DNA of 47,001 nucleotides from Minisyncoccota bacterium. Its GTDB lineage: Bacteria; Patescibacteriota; Minisyncoccia; Phycocordibacterales; UBA9973. The position numbers and the translations under genes are program-made. This document shows, in pieces, positions 9,064-17,827 of the stretch; positions within the stretch are counted from its first letter, which is position 1; every line of letters begins with the position of its first letter. The stretch covers positions 1 through 47,001 of the forward strand of contig JAGOPB010000002.1 of NCBI GenBank assembly GCA_017992255.1, given 5' to 3'. The notes under the pieces were generated by a model. That model saw only the letters and a list, made by a program, of their open reading frames with translations. It did not search any database and was not told the DNA's origin.

Positions 9064-10746
9064 TTATGCACTCTCTCCGTCTTTGATAAAGTATTTTTTT
9101 ATATCTTCTCTAGTAGCTCCTACTTTTTTTAGTGGATTAAAAATATTTTCAGGATCAAACAAGTCTTTAACTTGTTTAAATAGACTCAATATATGCGCAG
9201 AATACATTTTACCCAAATACGGTGTTCTAATTATACCATCATTATGTTCAGCTGTTATGGATCCATGATACTGTGCTACTAAATCATACACTTTATCTGA
9301 AAGTTCGTATATAATCTCTTTTGTTTGTGGTAATTTGAAATCCATTAAAGGAATGATATGGAAATTTCCATCACCAGGATGTCCGGCTATTGTGTATTGT
9401 ATATCATAGGTATTTAATATAGCATTCAATTCTGGTATAAACGTAGGTAAATGTTCTGGTCGTACTATAAAATCATCTATAAAGGGAGCTGTTCGTACAC
9501 CGTGCGAATGCTTTCGTAAAAGATTGAAACTGTCATGTCGCACCTCCCAATATTTTTGTTCTTCTTTATCATTTTGTGTCACATGAATATGTATTCGTCT
9601 TCCGTGATATTTAGCTCGAATTTTTTTCTTCATCCTTATTGCTTGTTTGTCTATTTCGGCTTCAGTATTTCCTGCACACTCCACAAGAAGTATTATTTTA
9701 GGAATACCACCTGATAGCATCATAAAAAATTCAGGTAAAAATGAAAACATAAATGTGATCATACCAAATACTCCTCTTTTTTTAAGAAAATCACGAAAGA
9801 ATTTTACAGCTACTTTTAGAGTATTATCGTCGTAACTTTCAATGCTTTCAGGGTTAAATGAAAGTAAATCATTTATAAGTTCACCTATATACGAAAGGTC
9901 ATTCAAAAAAATCACTACTAATTTTGAAGCCTTTTTTACAGCAACTAGACGAAACGTTATTTCTGTGATAATTCCAAATGTTCCTTGAGATCCTGCAAAT
10001 AGATGACATAAGTTAAATGTTTGGTTGTTTTTATCGTATACATTCCATAAATAGTACCCAGCGGAATTTTTAGATACATCTGGTTTTGCAGCCTCTATTT
10101 CAGTCACATTGTTTTGAATAAGGTTCCATAAAGAGGTATACATTTCTCCCTCAATACCTGGTCGCTTTTTCGCTTGTTCAAGCTCTAACACAGTTAAATT
10201 TTGAATCTCATAGACATTTCCATCTCTCAAAACCACTCTAAGATGCTCTACAAAATCTTCTGTTTTTCCATAATGCAGAGATTTTTCACCTCCAGCATTG
10301 TTCGCAACCATACCACCAACAGTACATAATTCTCTCGAAGCAGTGTATGTTGGCATAATAAGTCCTTGTTTTTTTGTTTCCTTGTCAAAATCTCGATAGT
10401 ATGTACCTGGTAATACTGTAGCAACACCACCCATTTCTTTTGTTTTTATTGATAGTGTACCAAACATATATTTTGATACGTCTACAATTATTGATGAACC
10501 TAAAGCTCCACCTGACATACAAGTACCAGCACTTCGCACAACTATAGAAAGCTCAGGATGTGTATGTTTATTCTCTGAAACGAAACGAACAATAGTTTGA
10601 ACATCTTTTTCGTGTTTAGGGTACACGACACATTCAGGTACTATTTCAAAAATACTAGCATCTCTGCTTTTTAAAATCCTTTCTTCCAAATCAGTTGTTA
10701 AATCTCCTTCTATTAATTTTTTTAAGTTTTCAAATAAATCTCCCAT
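9064..10746 (-). CDS. FAD-linked oxidase (GlcD/D-lactate dehydrogenase-like, PCMH-type FAD-binding)
   Basis: VVRSAGTCMSGGALG FAD-binding segment and C-terminal GSITAEHNDGIIRTPYL...LFDPENIFNPLKK, typical of the FAD-oxidase C domain. The start lies 4 nt after the murG stop. Confidence 0.85.
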   Translation of the reverse strand: MGDLFENLKKLIEGDLTTDLEERILKSRDASIFEIVPECVVYPKHEKDVQTIVRFVSENKHTHPELSIVVRSAGTCMSGGALGSSIIVDVSKYMFGTLSIKTKEMGGVATVLPGTYYRDFDKETKKQGLIMPTYTASRELCTVGGMVANNAGGEKSLHYGKTEDFVEHLRVVLRDGNVYEIQNLTVLELEQAKKRPGIEGEMYTSLWNLIQNNVTEIEAAKPDVSKNSAGYYLWNVYDKNNQTFNLCHLFAGSQGTFGIITEITFRLVAVKKASKLVVIFLNDLSYIGELINDLLSFNPESIESYDDNTLKVAVKFFRDFLKKRGVFGMITFMFSFLPEFFMMLSGGIPKIILLVECAGNTEAEIDKQAIRMKKKIRAKYHGRRIHIHVTQNDKEEQKYWEVRHDSFNLLRKHSHGVRTAPFIDDFIVRPEHLPTFIPELNAILNTYDIQYTIAGHPGDGNFHIIPLMDFKLPQTKEIIYELSDKVYDLVAQYHGSITAEHNDGIIRTPYLGKMYSAHILSLFKQVKDLFDPENIFNPLKKVGATREDIKKYFIKDGESA

Positions 10747-10750
10747 ATGT

Positions 10751-11887
10751 TTACTTTTCGTGCGATAATGCTATCTCTAGTAATATTTTTGCCATTTTCA
10801 ATGATGCGTCTGGGCGAGCAAGTTGCTTTGCGCTGTCGGACATAGATGCTCGCAGTTGGGGATCAACAAGAATTCTATTTATTTCACCAGCGAGTATTGC
10901 TGTTGATAAATTTTTTTCTTCTATCACAACAGCAGCTCCTGCGTGAGCATAATGATAAGCATTTTTTCTTTGATGGTCTGCGTGTGAGTTAGATTCTGGT
11001 ATAGGGATAAGTATAGATGGTATTCCCCAGTTTGCAATTTCTGCTATTGAGGTTGCTCCAGCACGAGAAATGTACAAATCAGCTGCTCCAGCACACATTT
11101 TTGTTACCAAGGGATTGAAATACTCAAATACTTTATATCTTCTCAAAAGTGCGGGTTCTCCTACTACTATTTTTGCATGCGTGGTTACTTCAATTTCACG
11201 AGATTTACCAACTTGGTGAATTATTTGGTAATGAGGTAGTAAGATTGGAAGAGCGTCTACAATCGCGTCGTTGATTTTTTCAGAACCCAGTGAACCTCCT
11301 ACAACGATTATTGTGGGTACGGTAGACTCTAGATGTAAAAACTCATGTGCACCAGTGCCAACACTTTCTAAAAGGTCAAGACGTATAGGCATACCAACTA
11401 CTGCTGTTATATTTTTTTTAAAAAAACGAACAGATTCTTCATAAGTAACGCCGATTCTTTTTGCAAATTTTCTAGACCAAAGATTTACTCTACCTGGATA
11501 TGAATCTGACTCGTGAATAACAACAGGTATATGAAGTATGCGAGCAGCAACTAATGCAGGAAAACTAGCATATCCGCCTTTTGACATAACAACATCTGGA
11601 TAAATAAAGTACATTTTTATTATAGCTTGTACAATTCCAGTAATAATTTTAAATATATCAGTGAAATTTTTTAAGGATGGGTATATTCGTTGTTTACCGG
11701 CAGATATTTGTACAAATGTGATATGGTTTTCACGAAGAGCGTCTTTTTCAAAAGGAGAATCGCTCATATAATAAAGTTTTAGATCTAATATCTTTTCTTT
11801 TTCGGATTCCTGTTGTAATGCTTCTGCAATGGCAATAAGTGGGTAAAAATGTCCCCCCGTTCCACCTCCTGTAAATAAAATTTTCAT
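10751..11887 (-). CDS. murG: UDP-GlcNAc:lipid I GlcNAc transferase MurG
   Basis: ATG 11887 (the track opens at TTG 11893). MKILFTGGGTGGHFYPLIAIAEAL is the MurG N-terminal signature. Confidence 0.93.
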   Translation of the reverse strand: MKILFTGGGTGGHFYPLIAIAEALQQESEKEKILDLKLYYMSDSPFEKDALRENHITFVQISAGKQRIYPSLKNFTDIFKIITGIVQAIIKMYFIYPDVVMSKGGYASFPALVAARILHIPVVIHESDSYPGRVNLWSRKFAKRIGVTYEESVRFFKKNITAVVGMPIRLDLLESVGTGAHEFLHLESTVPTIIVVGGSLGSEKINDAIVDALPILLPHYQIIHQVGKSREIEVTTHAKIVVGEPALLRRYKVFEYFNPLVTKMCAGAADLYISRAGATSIAEIANWGIPSILIPIPESNSHADHQRKNAYHYAHAGAAVVIEEKNLSTAILAGEINRILVDPQLRASMSDSAKQLARPDASLKMAKILLEIALSHEK

Positions 11888-11928
11888 ATACAATATATTG
11901 TAGCAAAAAAAAGCAAATTTACTTACTA

Positions 11929-13032
11929 TTATATTCTAACTGGTAACATATTTTTTGATATATGCAACACCATAGCTGCCATGCCAATAGATAACATAAG
12001 CGATGTTCCCCCGTGACTAACAAAAACTAAAGGGACTCCGGTAAGTGGAAATACTCCTACTATTGACGCAATGTTCATAAATGATTGTGTGCCAATAAGT
12101 GTAATAATACCAATTACCGTATATCGTGAAAAATTATCTTTTGTACGTGAAGCAATATGATATCCACGCAATATAAAACCAACAAAAAGCAAAATGAGTA
12201 CCATACTTCCTACGAAACCGAATTCTTCTCCAACAACGGCAAAAATAGAATCACCTTGTGGTTCTGGTAAATAACTAAATTTTTGTACACTTTGACCCAG
12301 ACCTCTTCCTAGTAGTTTACCAGAACCGATTGCTATTTTTGATTGTTGAGACTGCCACGAAGAATCGTGTGTATCATGCGTTGGATGCAGGAATGTTTGA
12401 ACTCTTTCCATGACATACGGACGTGTAAACACTAAAATAGTCATTAAAACGAGTCCAATTAAAACAACAATTCCAATATGCTTTAACTGTATACCAGCCA
12501 CATATGCGATAGACAAAATACAAATAACGATAAGTATAAAGCTTTTAGTATCTGGTTGTCTTAACAATAAAATTCCTGAAAATGCAATCATTGAAATAAT
12601 TGGATATAAAGATTTTTTAGGAAGAGCTATGTTGCGTTTCAATACAGAAAACCAACCCGCAGCAAAAAATATCATAGCGACTTTCAAAAATTCTGCTGGT
12701 TGAAATGAAATAGGGCCGAGGGAAACCCACCGTCTTGCCCCAGCATGCTCAAATCCTATGTTTGGAATAAAAACCAAAATACATAAAACAGCAGAAGTTA
12801 TTAGAAAATATACTGCATTGTGCTTCCAAAAAGATATTGGTGCACGCAGTACAATATATCCTAGTATACACCCAGCTCCGAGACCAAGTACTAATTGTTT
12901 AATAACAATACTGACAAATTTACTTTCATCTTTAGCTAATACACCTAAAGAAGCAGATAAAAATATAAACAGTCCAGTTGCAATGAGTAGGATCGTTAGA
13001 GTGAGAAATGTTTTGTCTACTTTTTTTAGCAT
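11929..13032 (-). CDS. ftsW: SEDS-family peptidoglycan polymerase (FtsW/RodA), FtsW by context
   Basis: About 10 TM segments; SEDS conserved segments (GARRW, QPAEF, SQQSKIAIGSGKLLG, PEPQGDSIFAV); located between mraY and murG. Confidence 0.85.
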   Translation of the reverse strand: MLKKVDKTFLTLTILLIATGLFIFLSASLGVLAKDESKFVSIVIKQLVLGLGAGCILGYIVLRAPISFWKHNAVYFLITSAVLCILVFIPNIGFEHAGARRWVSLGPISFQPAEFLKVAMIFFAAGWFSVLKRNIALPKKSLYPIISMIAFSGILLLRQPDTKSFILIVICILSIAYVAGIQLKHIGIVVLIGLVLMTILVFTRPYVMERVQTFLHPTHDTHDSSWQSQQSKIAIGSGKLLGRGLGQSVQKFSYLPEPQGDSIFAVVGEEFGFVGSMVLILLFVGFILRGYHIASRTKDNFSRYTVIGIITLIGTQSFMNIASIVGVFPLTGVPLVFVSHGGTSLMLSIGMAAMVLHISKNMLPVRI

Positions 13033-13036
13033 ACTT

Positions 13037-14095
13037 TTAGCTTACAATTGCAATTATAGTTCCTATGCTTGCCGTCATTATCCCTATTATCCAATAACGC
13101 ATAGTTATTTTTTCTTTTGACCAACCTAGTGCTTCTAAATGATGATGAAACGGTGCAACTATAAATACACGCTTACCGCAACGACATTTTTTTGAAAGTA
13201 GTTGAATGATATTAGAAAGTGAAGTTATAAATAATGGAAATATTATAATCGGTAATAGCAGTACTGTATCTGTCAAAAATGCGACTGTTGAGAGCGTTAG
13301 AGTAAGTCCCATCATTCCAGTTTCACCCATATAAAATCGAGCAGGTGGAATATTGAACCACAAAAATGCTAAAGTAGAACCAGATATCACTGCGCACAAA
13401 GCTGCCAAATCTATTTTATTTTGTGATAATGCAATTATTGCATATGAAGCAAAAATAGAAGCTAATAACCCTCCTGAAAGTCCGTCAATCCCATCTATAA
13501 CACTTGTTGAAAATACACCTAATGTCACAACAATAAAAAAAGGCAAGAAAAATACACCGATATATACTGTTCCGTCAAATGGTATATGAATAGATGTCAT
13601 ACCCAATTTATTGTATAGCCAAAATCCTACAACGGTCGCTAATAGTATTATTGTTACTATTTTTACATATCTGAAAACAATTGGATCACCTTTCATAAAC
13701 GTTGGAGGGTAGATTTGCAATAGATCGTCTATAAGACCAAGTAAAGAACCTATAAGCAGTGTTGCCATAGGAATGAAAGTTTGATTTCTTGAAATGAATT
13801 CCAACTTAGCGGTAATTGGTGTTGGAAAAAGTATATATAACAAGAAAATTAGAGCAACAGTTGAAAAAACAGATATCCAGACAAGTAATCCACCTACTCG
13901 AGGAGTACGAACTTCATTATTGTTTGTAATTGAATTCTTGAATGTGCTATCAGTGCTTTCACACCTACTGTAACGTCTCCAAAGTTTCAATTTGTACATA
14001 TAATGAGATAGTAGTGGAGTCAAAGAAATACCCACAATAAAAGCAATTATTGCAGGTAACAGAACTTTAATTGCATTAAAAGTTATAAGATCCAT
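13037..14095 (-). CDS. mraY: Phospho-N-acetylmuramoyl-pentapeptide transferase MraY
   Basis: Polytopic membrane protein with LIDDLL, VIDGIDGLSGG and APFHHHLE motifs. Confidence 0.93.
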   Translation of the reverse strand: MDLITFNAIKVLLPAIIAFIVGISLTPLLSHYMYKLKLWRRYSRCESTDSTFKNSITNNNEVRTPRVGGLLVWISVFSTVALIFLLYILFPTPITAKLEFISRNQTFIPMATLLIGSLLGLIDDLLQIYPPTFMKGDPIVFRYVKIVTIILLATVVGFWLYNKLGMTSIHIPFDGTVYIGVFFLPFFIVVTLGVFSTSVIDGIDGLSGGLLASIFASYAIIALSQNKIDLAALCAVISGSTLAFLWFNIPPARFYMGETGMMGLTLTLSTVAFLTDTVLLLPIIIFPLFITSLSNIIQLLSKKCRCGKRVFIVAPFHHHLEALGWSKEKITMRYWIIGIMTASIGTIIAIVS

Positions 14096-14162
14096 AATGA
14101 TTAGTATAGTATGAAATGTGCTTACGCGCTACTTGATACATTATGATTGATGATTGATCACA

Positions 14163-14753
14163 TTAATTCTCCACATATCTTTCTATCATTTCGAAAAGTG
14201 CGTTTAGCCCCTTTTTTTGTTTTACGGAAAAAGGAATTATAGATTTACGAAAACTATTATTCTTCAATTTTAACATACTGTTATAAAACTCTGATTGGTT
14301 TAATTTATCAATTTTATTTGCAACTACAATGACAGGTATAGCGTGCTGTTCAAGTTCAAAGAGCATTGATTCATCTCTTTCAGTCATACCAACCGTAGCA
14401 TCAACTAAGAGAATAACTAGCGATGGAGGTATCGAGGTTTCAAATAAATAGTTTTCTATAAGATCCCCTATTTTGTCACGTCCTCTACCTGATGTTCTAG
14501 CAAACCCATATCCCGGTAGATCAACAAAATACAATGAGTCATTTATTAAAAATATATTAATTTCCTGTGTTCTCCCGGGATACGAACTTGCTCTAGCTAA
14601 TTTTTTTGTATTAGTAAGCATGTTAATAAGACTCGATTTACCAACATTAGAACGTCCAATAAAGGCAATTTGCTTTTTGCCATCATGTAAAAGTTCGTCA
14701 TCTTTTATTATCCCTTTCAAAAATTTTGCTATTACAACTTTCATACAGCACAT
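14163..14753 (-). CDS. engB: Ribosome-biogenesis GTPase EngB/YihA
   Basis: G1 GRSNVGKSSLIN, G3 DLPGYG, G4 ANKIDK. An alternative ATG lies at 14744. Confidence 0.88.
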   Translation of the reverse strand: MCCMKVVIAKFLKGIIKDDELLHDGKKQIAFIGRSNVGKSSLINMLTNTKKLARASSYPGRTQEINIFLINDSLYFVDLPGYGFARTSGRGRDKIGDLIENYLFETSIPPSLVILLVDATVGMTERDESMLFELEQHAIPVIVVANKIDKLNQSEFYNSMLKLKNNSFRKSIIPFSVKQKKGLNALFEMIERYVEN

Positions 14754-14773
14754 AGTAGCATATAGTCCAATAA

Positions 14774-15679
14774 TTAGTGAACTTGAATATTGGATGAAAA
14801 TATACGCTCTACAATCATTTCAACATCTGAGAATCTTCCTTGTTCTGTAGAACCAAGAACCACCACGACAAACGGATGTAAAAGTCCTTTTTCAGCAATA
14901 ACTCCTAAATTTCCTCCTGCCATTTCAGTCATTCCTGTTTTAGAGAATACGCGACCCGGTATTTTGGCGATACTTTTATTTGTATTTTTTAAAGTTTCAA
15001 CATTAGTATCATGCGAAAGAATCGACACATATTCTAACGTGGTGGAAGCAAATATTTCTGAGTGGAATGTCCAAGCATATGCAAGCAAATGTGCAACGTC
15101 TCGTGCATTGCCTTGTCCACCTGCTATTTTATTGTGGTCCAGCCCATTACTACTCGTAAAATGCAACGACAAAAGACCAAGGGAATTTGCTTTTTCATTC
15201 ATTTTTTCTACTAGATTTTCATTCTGTGTTTCAAAATATTCAACGAAGGCAAATGCTGCGTCATTTGATGACTCAACAAGCATAAGTGTCAGAAGCGAGT
15301 TTCTGCTCCAGTATGAACCAGGAATTAGTCCGTTATCTCCTTCTTCTCGTAGAGCTCTTTCGGTTATATATATTTGTTCATTTTCTGGCACAAACTCTGC
15401 AACGACTATAGCGGTCATTATTTTAGTCAACGACGCTAATGGAACAACATCGTCTGCATTTTTTTCGTAAACGATTGTACCTGTGTTTACATCATATGCA
15501 ATTACATGTTGTCCAAGAATTTCTCGATCATTAATATATACGCTATTTTCTGCTTCTTCCTGTACAGGTATTTTTGTAGAACCCACATATACTATTGAGA
15601 TATATACAACGAGTATCAAAATAATAAATAGATCATTATGATTCTTCCTCATACTTTTCTGTAGTGGTATCTTTTTCAT
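14774..15679 (-). CDS. D-alanyl-D-alanine carboxypeptidase (S11 low-molecular-weight PBP)
   Basis: SxxK (ASLTK), SxN (SSN) and KTG (SKTGMT) motifs with an N-terminal TM anchor. The 5' end overlaps the scpB 3' end by 44 nt, or by 17 nt if ATG 15652 is used. Confidence 0.85.
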   Translation of the reverse strand: MKKIPLQKSMRKNHNDLFIILILVVYISIVYVGSTKIPVQEEAENSVYINDREILGQHVIAYDVNTGTIVYEKNADDVVPLASLTKIMTAIVVAEFVPENEQIYITERALREEGDNGLIPGSYWSRNSLLTLMLVESSNDAAFAFVEYFETQNENLVEKMNEKANSLGLLSLHFTSSNGLDHNKIAGGQGNARDVAHLLAYAWTFHSEIFASTTLEYVSILSHDTNVETLKNTNKSIAKIPGRVFSKTGMTEMAGGNLGVIAEKGLLHPFVVVVLGSTEQGRFSDVEMIVERIFSSNIQVH

Positions 15680-16232
15680 TATTTTCCTTATTCGTTTCTA
15701 CCGCATTGTTACGTAGTAATTCTAAAATAGTATTATGGAATTTTTCATAATCTGGGAAGGAGGTTTCTGTTGAAATACCGAAGTAAGAAAGCAGGTCAGG
15801 AGAAGGTCTATACAAAAATGTTCGTGCGTCTTTTGGATTTGGAATTTTATCTATTAGTCGACGAATAAGCAACGCCCGTAATATAAAACTTGAGTTTACT
15901 CCTCGAATATAGTCAATTTCAGCTCGAGACACACTTCCTGTGTATGCTATGATAGCCAAAGTTTCTACACTTGCTTTTGAGAGATCTTTGGAAAGCTCTT
16001 CCTTTTTCAGTGCTTCTAATAAGTTGCTCGCAATATGAGATGTCGCTAATGCGTACGTGTCGTTAATTTCTATTAAAACAATACCTTGACCAGTAAGCAC
16101 TTCGCGAAGTTCAATTATTGCTTCATCTATTTCTCGCTCTGTTTTTACGAGAGTTTTTACAAGATTTTCTTTTGTTAGTGGTTCTCCTTTATAAAAAAGC
16201 AATGCTTGTATCAATTGTGCTGTTGAATTCAT
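15636..16232 (-). CDS. scpB: Segregation and condensation protein B
   Basis: ATG 16232 (MNSTAQLIQALLFYKGEPL...), 7 nt after the scpA stop. The two winged-helix repeats are typical of ScpB. The longer track ORF (to 16277) overlaps scpA. Confidence 0.88.
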   Translation of the reverse strand: MNSTAQLIQALLFYKGEPLTKENLVKTLVKTEREIDEAIIELREVLTGQGIVLIEINDTYALATSHIASNLLEALKKEELSKDLSKASVETLAIIAYTGSVSRAEIDYIRGVNSSFILRALLIRRLIDKIPNPKDARTFLYRPSPDLLSYFGISTETSFPDYEKFHNTILELLRNNAVETNKENNEKDTTTEKYEEES

Positions 16233-16239
16233 ATATGTA

Positions 16240-17031
16240 TTATTCGTTTGGTAATAGTAAAAATTCTGGTTCTTCATTGCTTGAATACGTATGCGGTGTT
16301 CCTTTTTTCATTTCTATATCTGAAAAAGTACTGTCTTGCATAACTTCTATGATACCCTCGCGAACAAGTTCTAGCATAGCAAGAAATGATACAATTACAA
16401 AAATTTTTTGTTCTTTGGTAGTGCCAGTTTTTGAGTGAGAAAAATCACTAAACTTAATTTCTACTGCTTTATGGATTCTTTCTTCAAGATTCTCTATCAT
16501 TTCATCTATTGAAATCACAGAAACGATTTGTACATCAGGATGAGATACTGGTGTTGGTACTTCTTGCAATACTTGTAGTAGTGCATCAGATAAGAGCTGT
16601 GTAGACAGAGACAAATCAGGACTAAAAACAGTAAACGTATCATCATGCGATGGCCCAAAAAAAAGCATTGACGAACCAAATGTGGAATAAAACGGTATAG
16701 TAGCATCTCGAATTATTTTATATAAACGCAACCGATGTTCAAGATCAACTATTTTTGTTTCTTCATCTTCGGTTAGAGAAAGGTTTGGTAATAAAGATCT
16801 TGACTTGATGAGTATCAATGTGGCAGCTATAGCAATGAATTGGGTTGTTTCACCGAGTTGTAAATTTCCTCGAGATCTGATGTGTTGAATATACTCTTCA
16901 GCAACTTCAGCCAAAGCTATTTCGTTTATAAAAAGTTTGCGAGCTTCTATTAGTTCAAGTAAATATGATATTGGACCCGCAAAATTTCCAGTGTGGACTT
17001 TCACAATATGTTCTGTTTGGGAATCAGTCAT
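16240..17031 (-). CDS. scpA: Segregation and condensation protein A (kleisin)
   Basis: FAGPISYLLELIEARKLFINEIALAEVAEEY is the ScpA N-terminal signature. It is followed by scpB. Confidence 0.88.
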   Translation of the reverse strand: MTDSQTEHIVKVHTGNFAGPISYLLELIEARKLFINEIALAEVAEEYIQHIRSRGNLQLGETTQFIAIAATLILIKSRSLLPNLSLTEDEETKIVDLEHRLRLYKIIRDATIPFYSTFGSSMLFFGPSHDDTFTVFSPDLSLSTQLLSDALLQVLQEVPTPVSHPDVQIVSVISIDEMIENLEERIHKAVEIKFSDFSHSKTGTTKEQKIFVIVSFLAMLELVREGIIEVMQDSTFSDIEMKKGTPHTYSSNEEPEFLLLPNE

Positions 17032-17032
17032 G

Positions 17033-17077
17033 ATGTACAGTATACTGTTTTCATTCGTATTTCGCTACTCTGTACAT
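17033..17077. repeat. Inverted repeat ATGTACAG / CTGTACAT with nested palindrome ACAGTATACTGT just upstream of the scpA start
   Basis: 17033-17040 and 17070-17077 are perfect complements. The 12-nt palindrome lies at 17037-17048. The element sits between the TauE-like stop (17081) and the scpA ATG (17031). Confidence 0.4.
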
Positions 17078-17080
17078 ATA

Positions 17081-17825
17081 TTAAAATAATAGCAATTTTA
17101 CTGCAGTTCCTAGTAAAATTATACCAAGAAGCGGTTTGAGCCATGCGTCACCTTTTTTAATAGCAAATGCTGTACCCACATATCCACCAATCAACATTCC
17201 CAAAAACATTGCTATTGCATGTTGGTAATGTATAAAACCAGACAATGCAAATATTACTACAGAGGTTATGCTTGATAACAAGAGTGGAATTCTTGTAACA
17301 GCCTTTCCTTGTAAAATAGTAAATCCATATCCACGAGTTCGTACATATAGATCAATAAACCCTGAACCAGGACTAAAAAATCCTGACCAGGTTTGCGAAA
17401 AAAAATATGCGACATGTGAAATTATTCTTCTTTTACCAATTGATCTGTTAGGAATAAGGCCAAAATCTCGTTTTGCAAACATAATTGGTAAGAGAATTAC
17501 AAGTACTATTCCTATCAGTTTAGAAGTAATGTTTGAATCTAGAGAAACAATAATCAAAGAACCAACAGCAGTTGCAGGTACTGATATACAGGTAAGAATA
17601 AATACATCTTTTTTTAAAACACCAAGATTATTATGTTTTGCAAAACGAAATATATTTCCAATCTTTGACCCAATATCTGCAAAATTGGAAGTTCCTAATG
17701 CTATCTGTGGAGGAATACCAAGTAAAAAAAAGAGTAGAAATTGCAATAATACCAGAACCAGCAGCTACGCTCCCAACAAAGGAAGCAACTATTCCTGTAA
17801 TAAATATAAATATAATAGTTATCAT
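17081..17825 (-). pseudogene. TauE/SafE (DUF81) anion exporter gene split by a 1-nt frameshift in an A8/T8 homopolymer
   Basis: ORF 17631-17825 (MITIIFIFITGIVASFVGSVAAGSGIIAISTLFF...) and ORF 17081-17746 (...LLGIPPQIALGTSNFADIG...) are the N-terminal and remaining parts of one TauE-type protein. Removing one A from the run at 17724-17731 gives a continuous reading ...AISTLFLLGIPPQIALGTS.... Confidence 0.7.
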
Positions 17826-17827
17826 TT

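Noticed and set aside
14790-15470. 226-aa plus-strand ORF antisense to the D-Ala-D-Ala carboxypeptidase gene
   Set aside because: It lies entirely inside a well-supported minus-strand gene. Its Ser/Thr/Phe-rich composition is low-complexity and typical of antisense frames, and it has no recognisable motifs.
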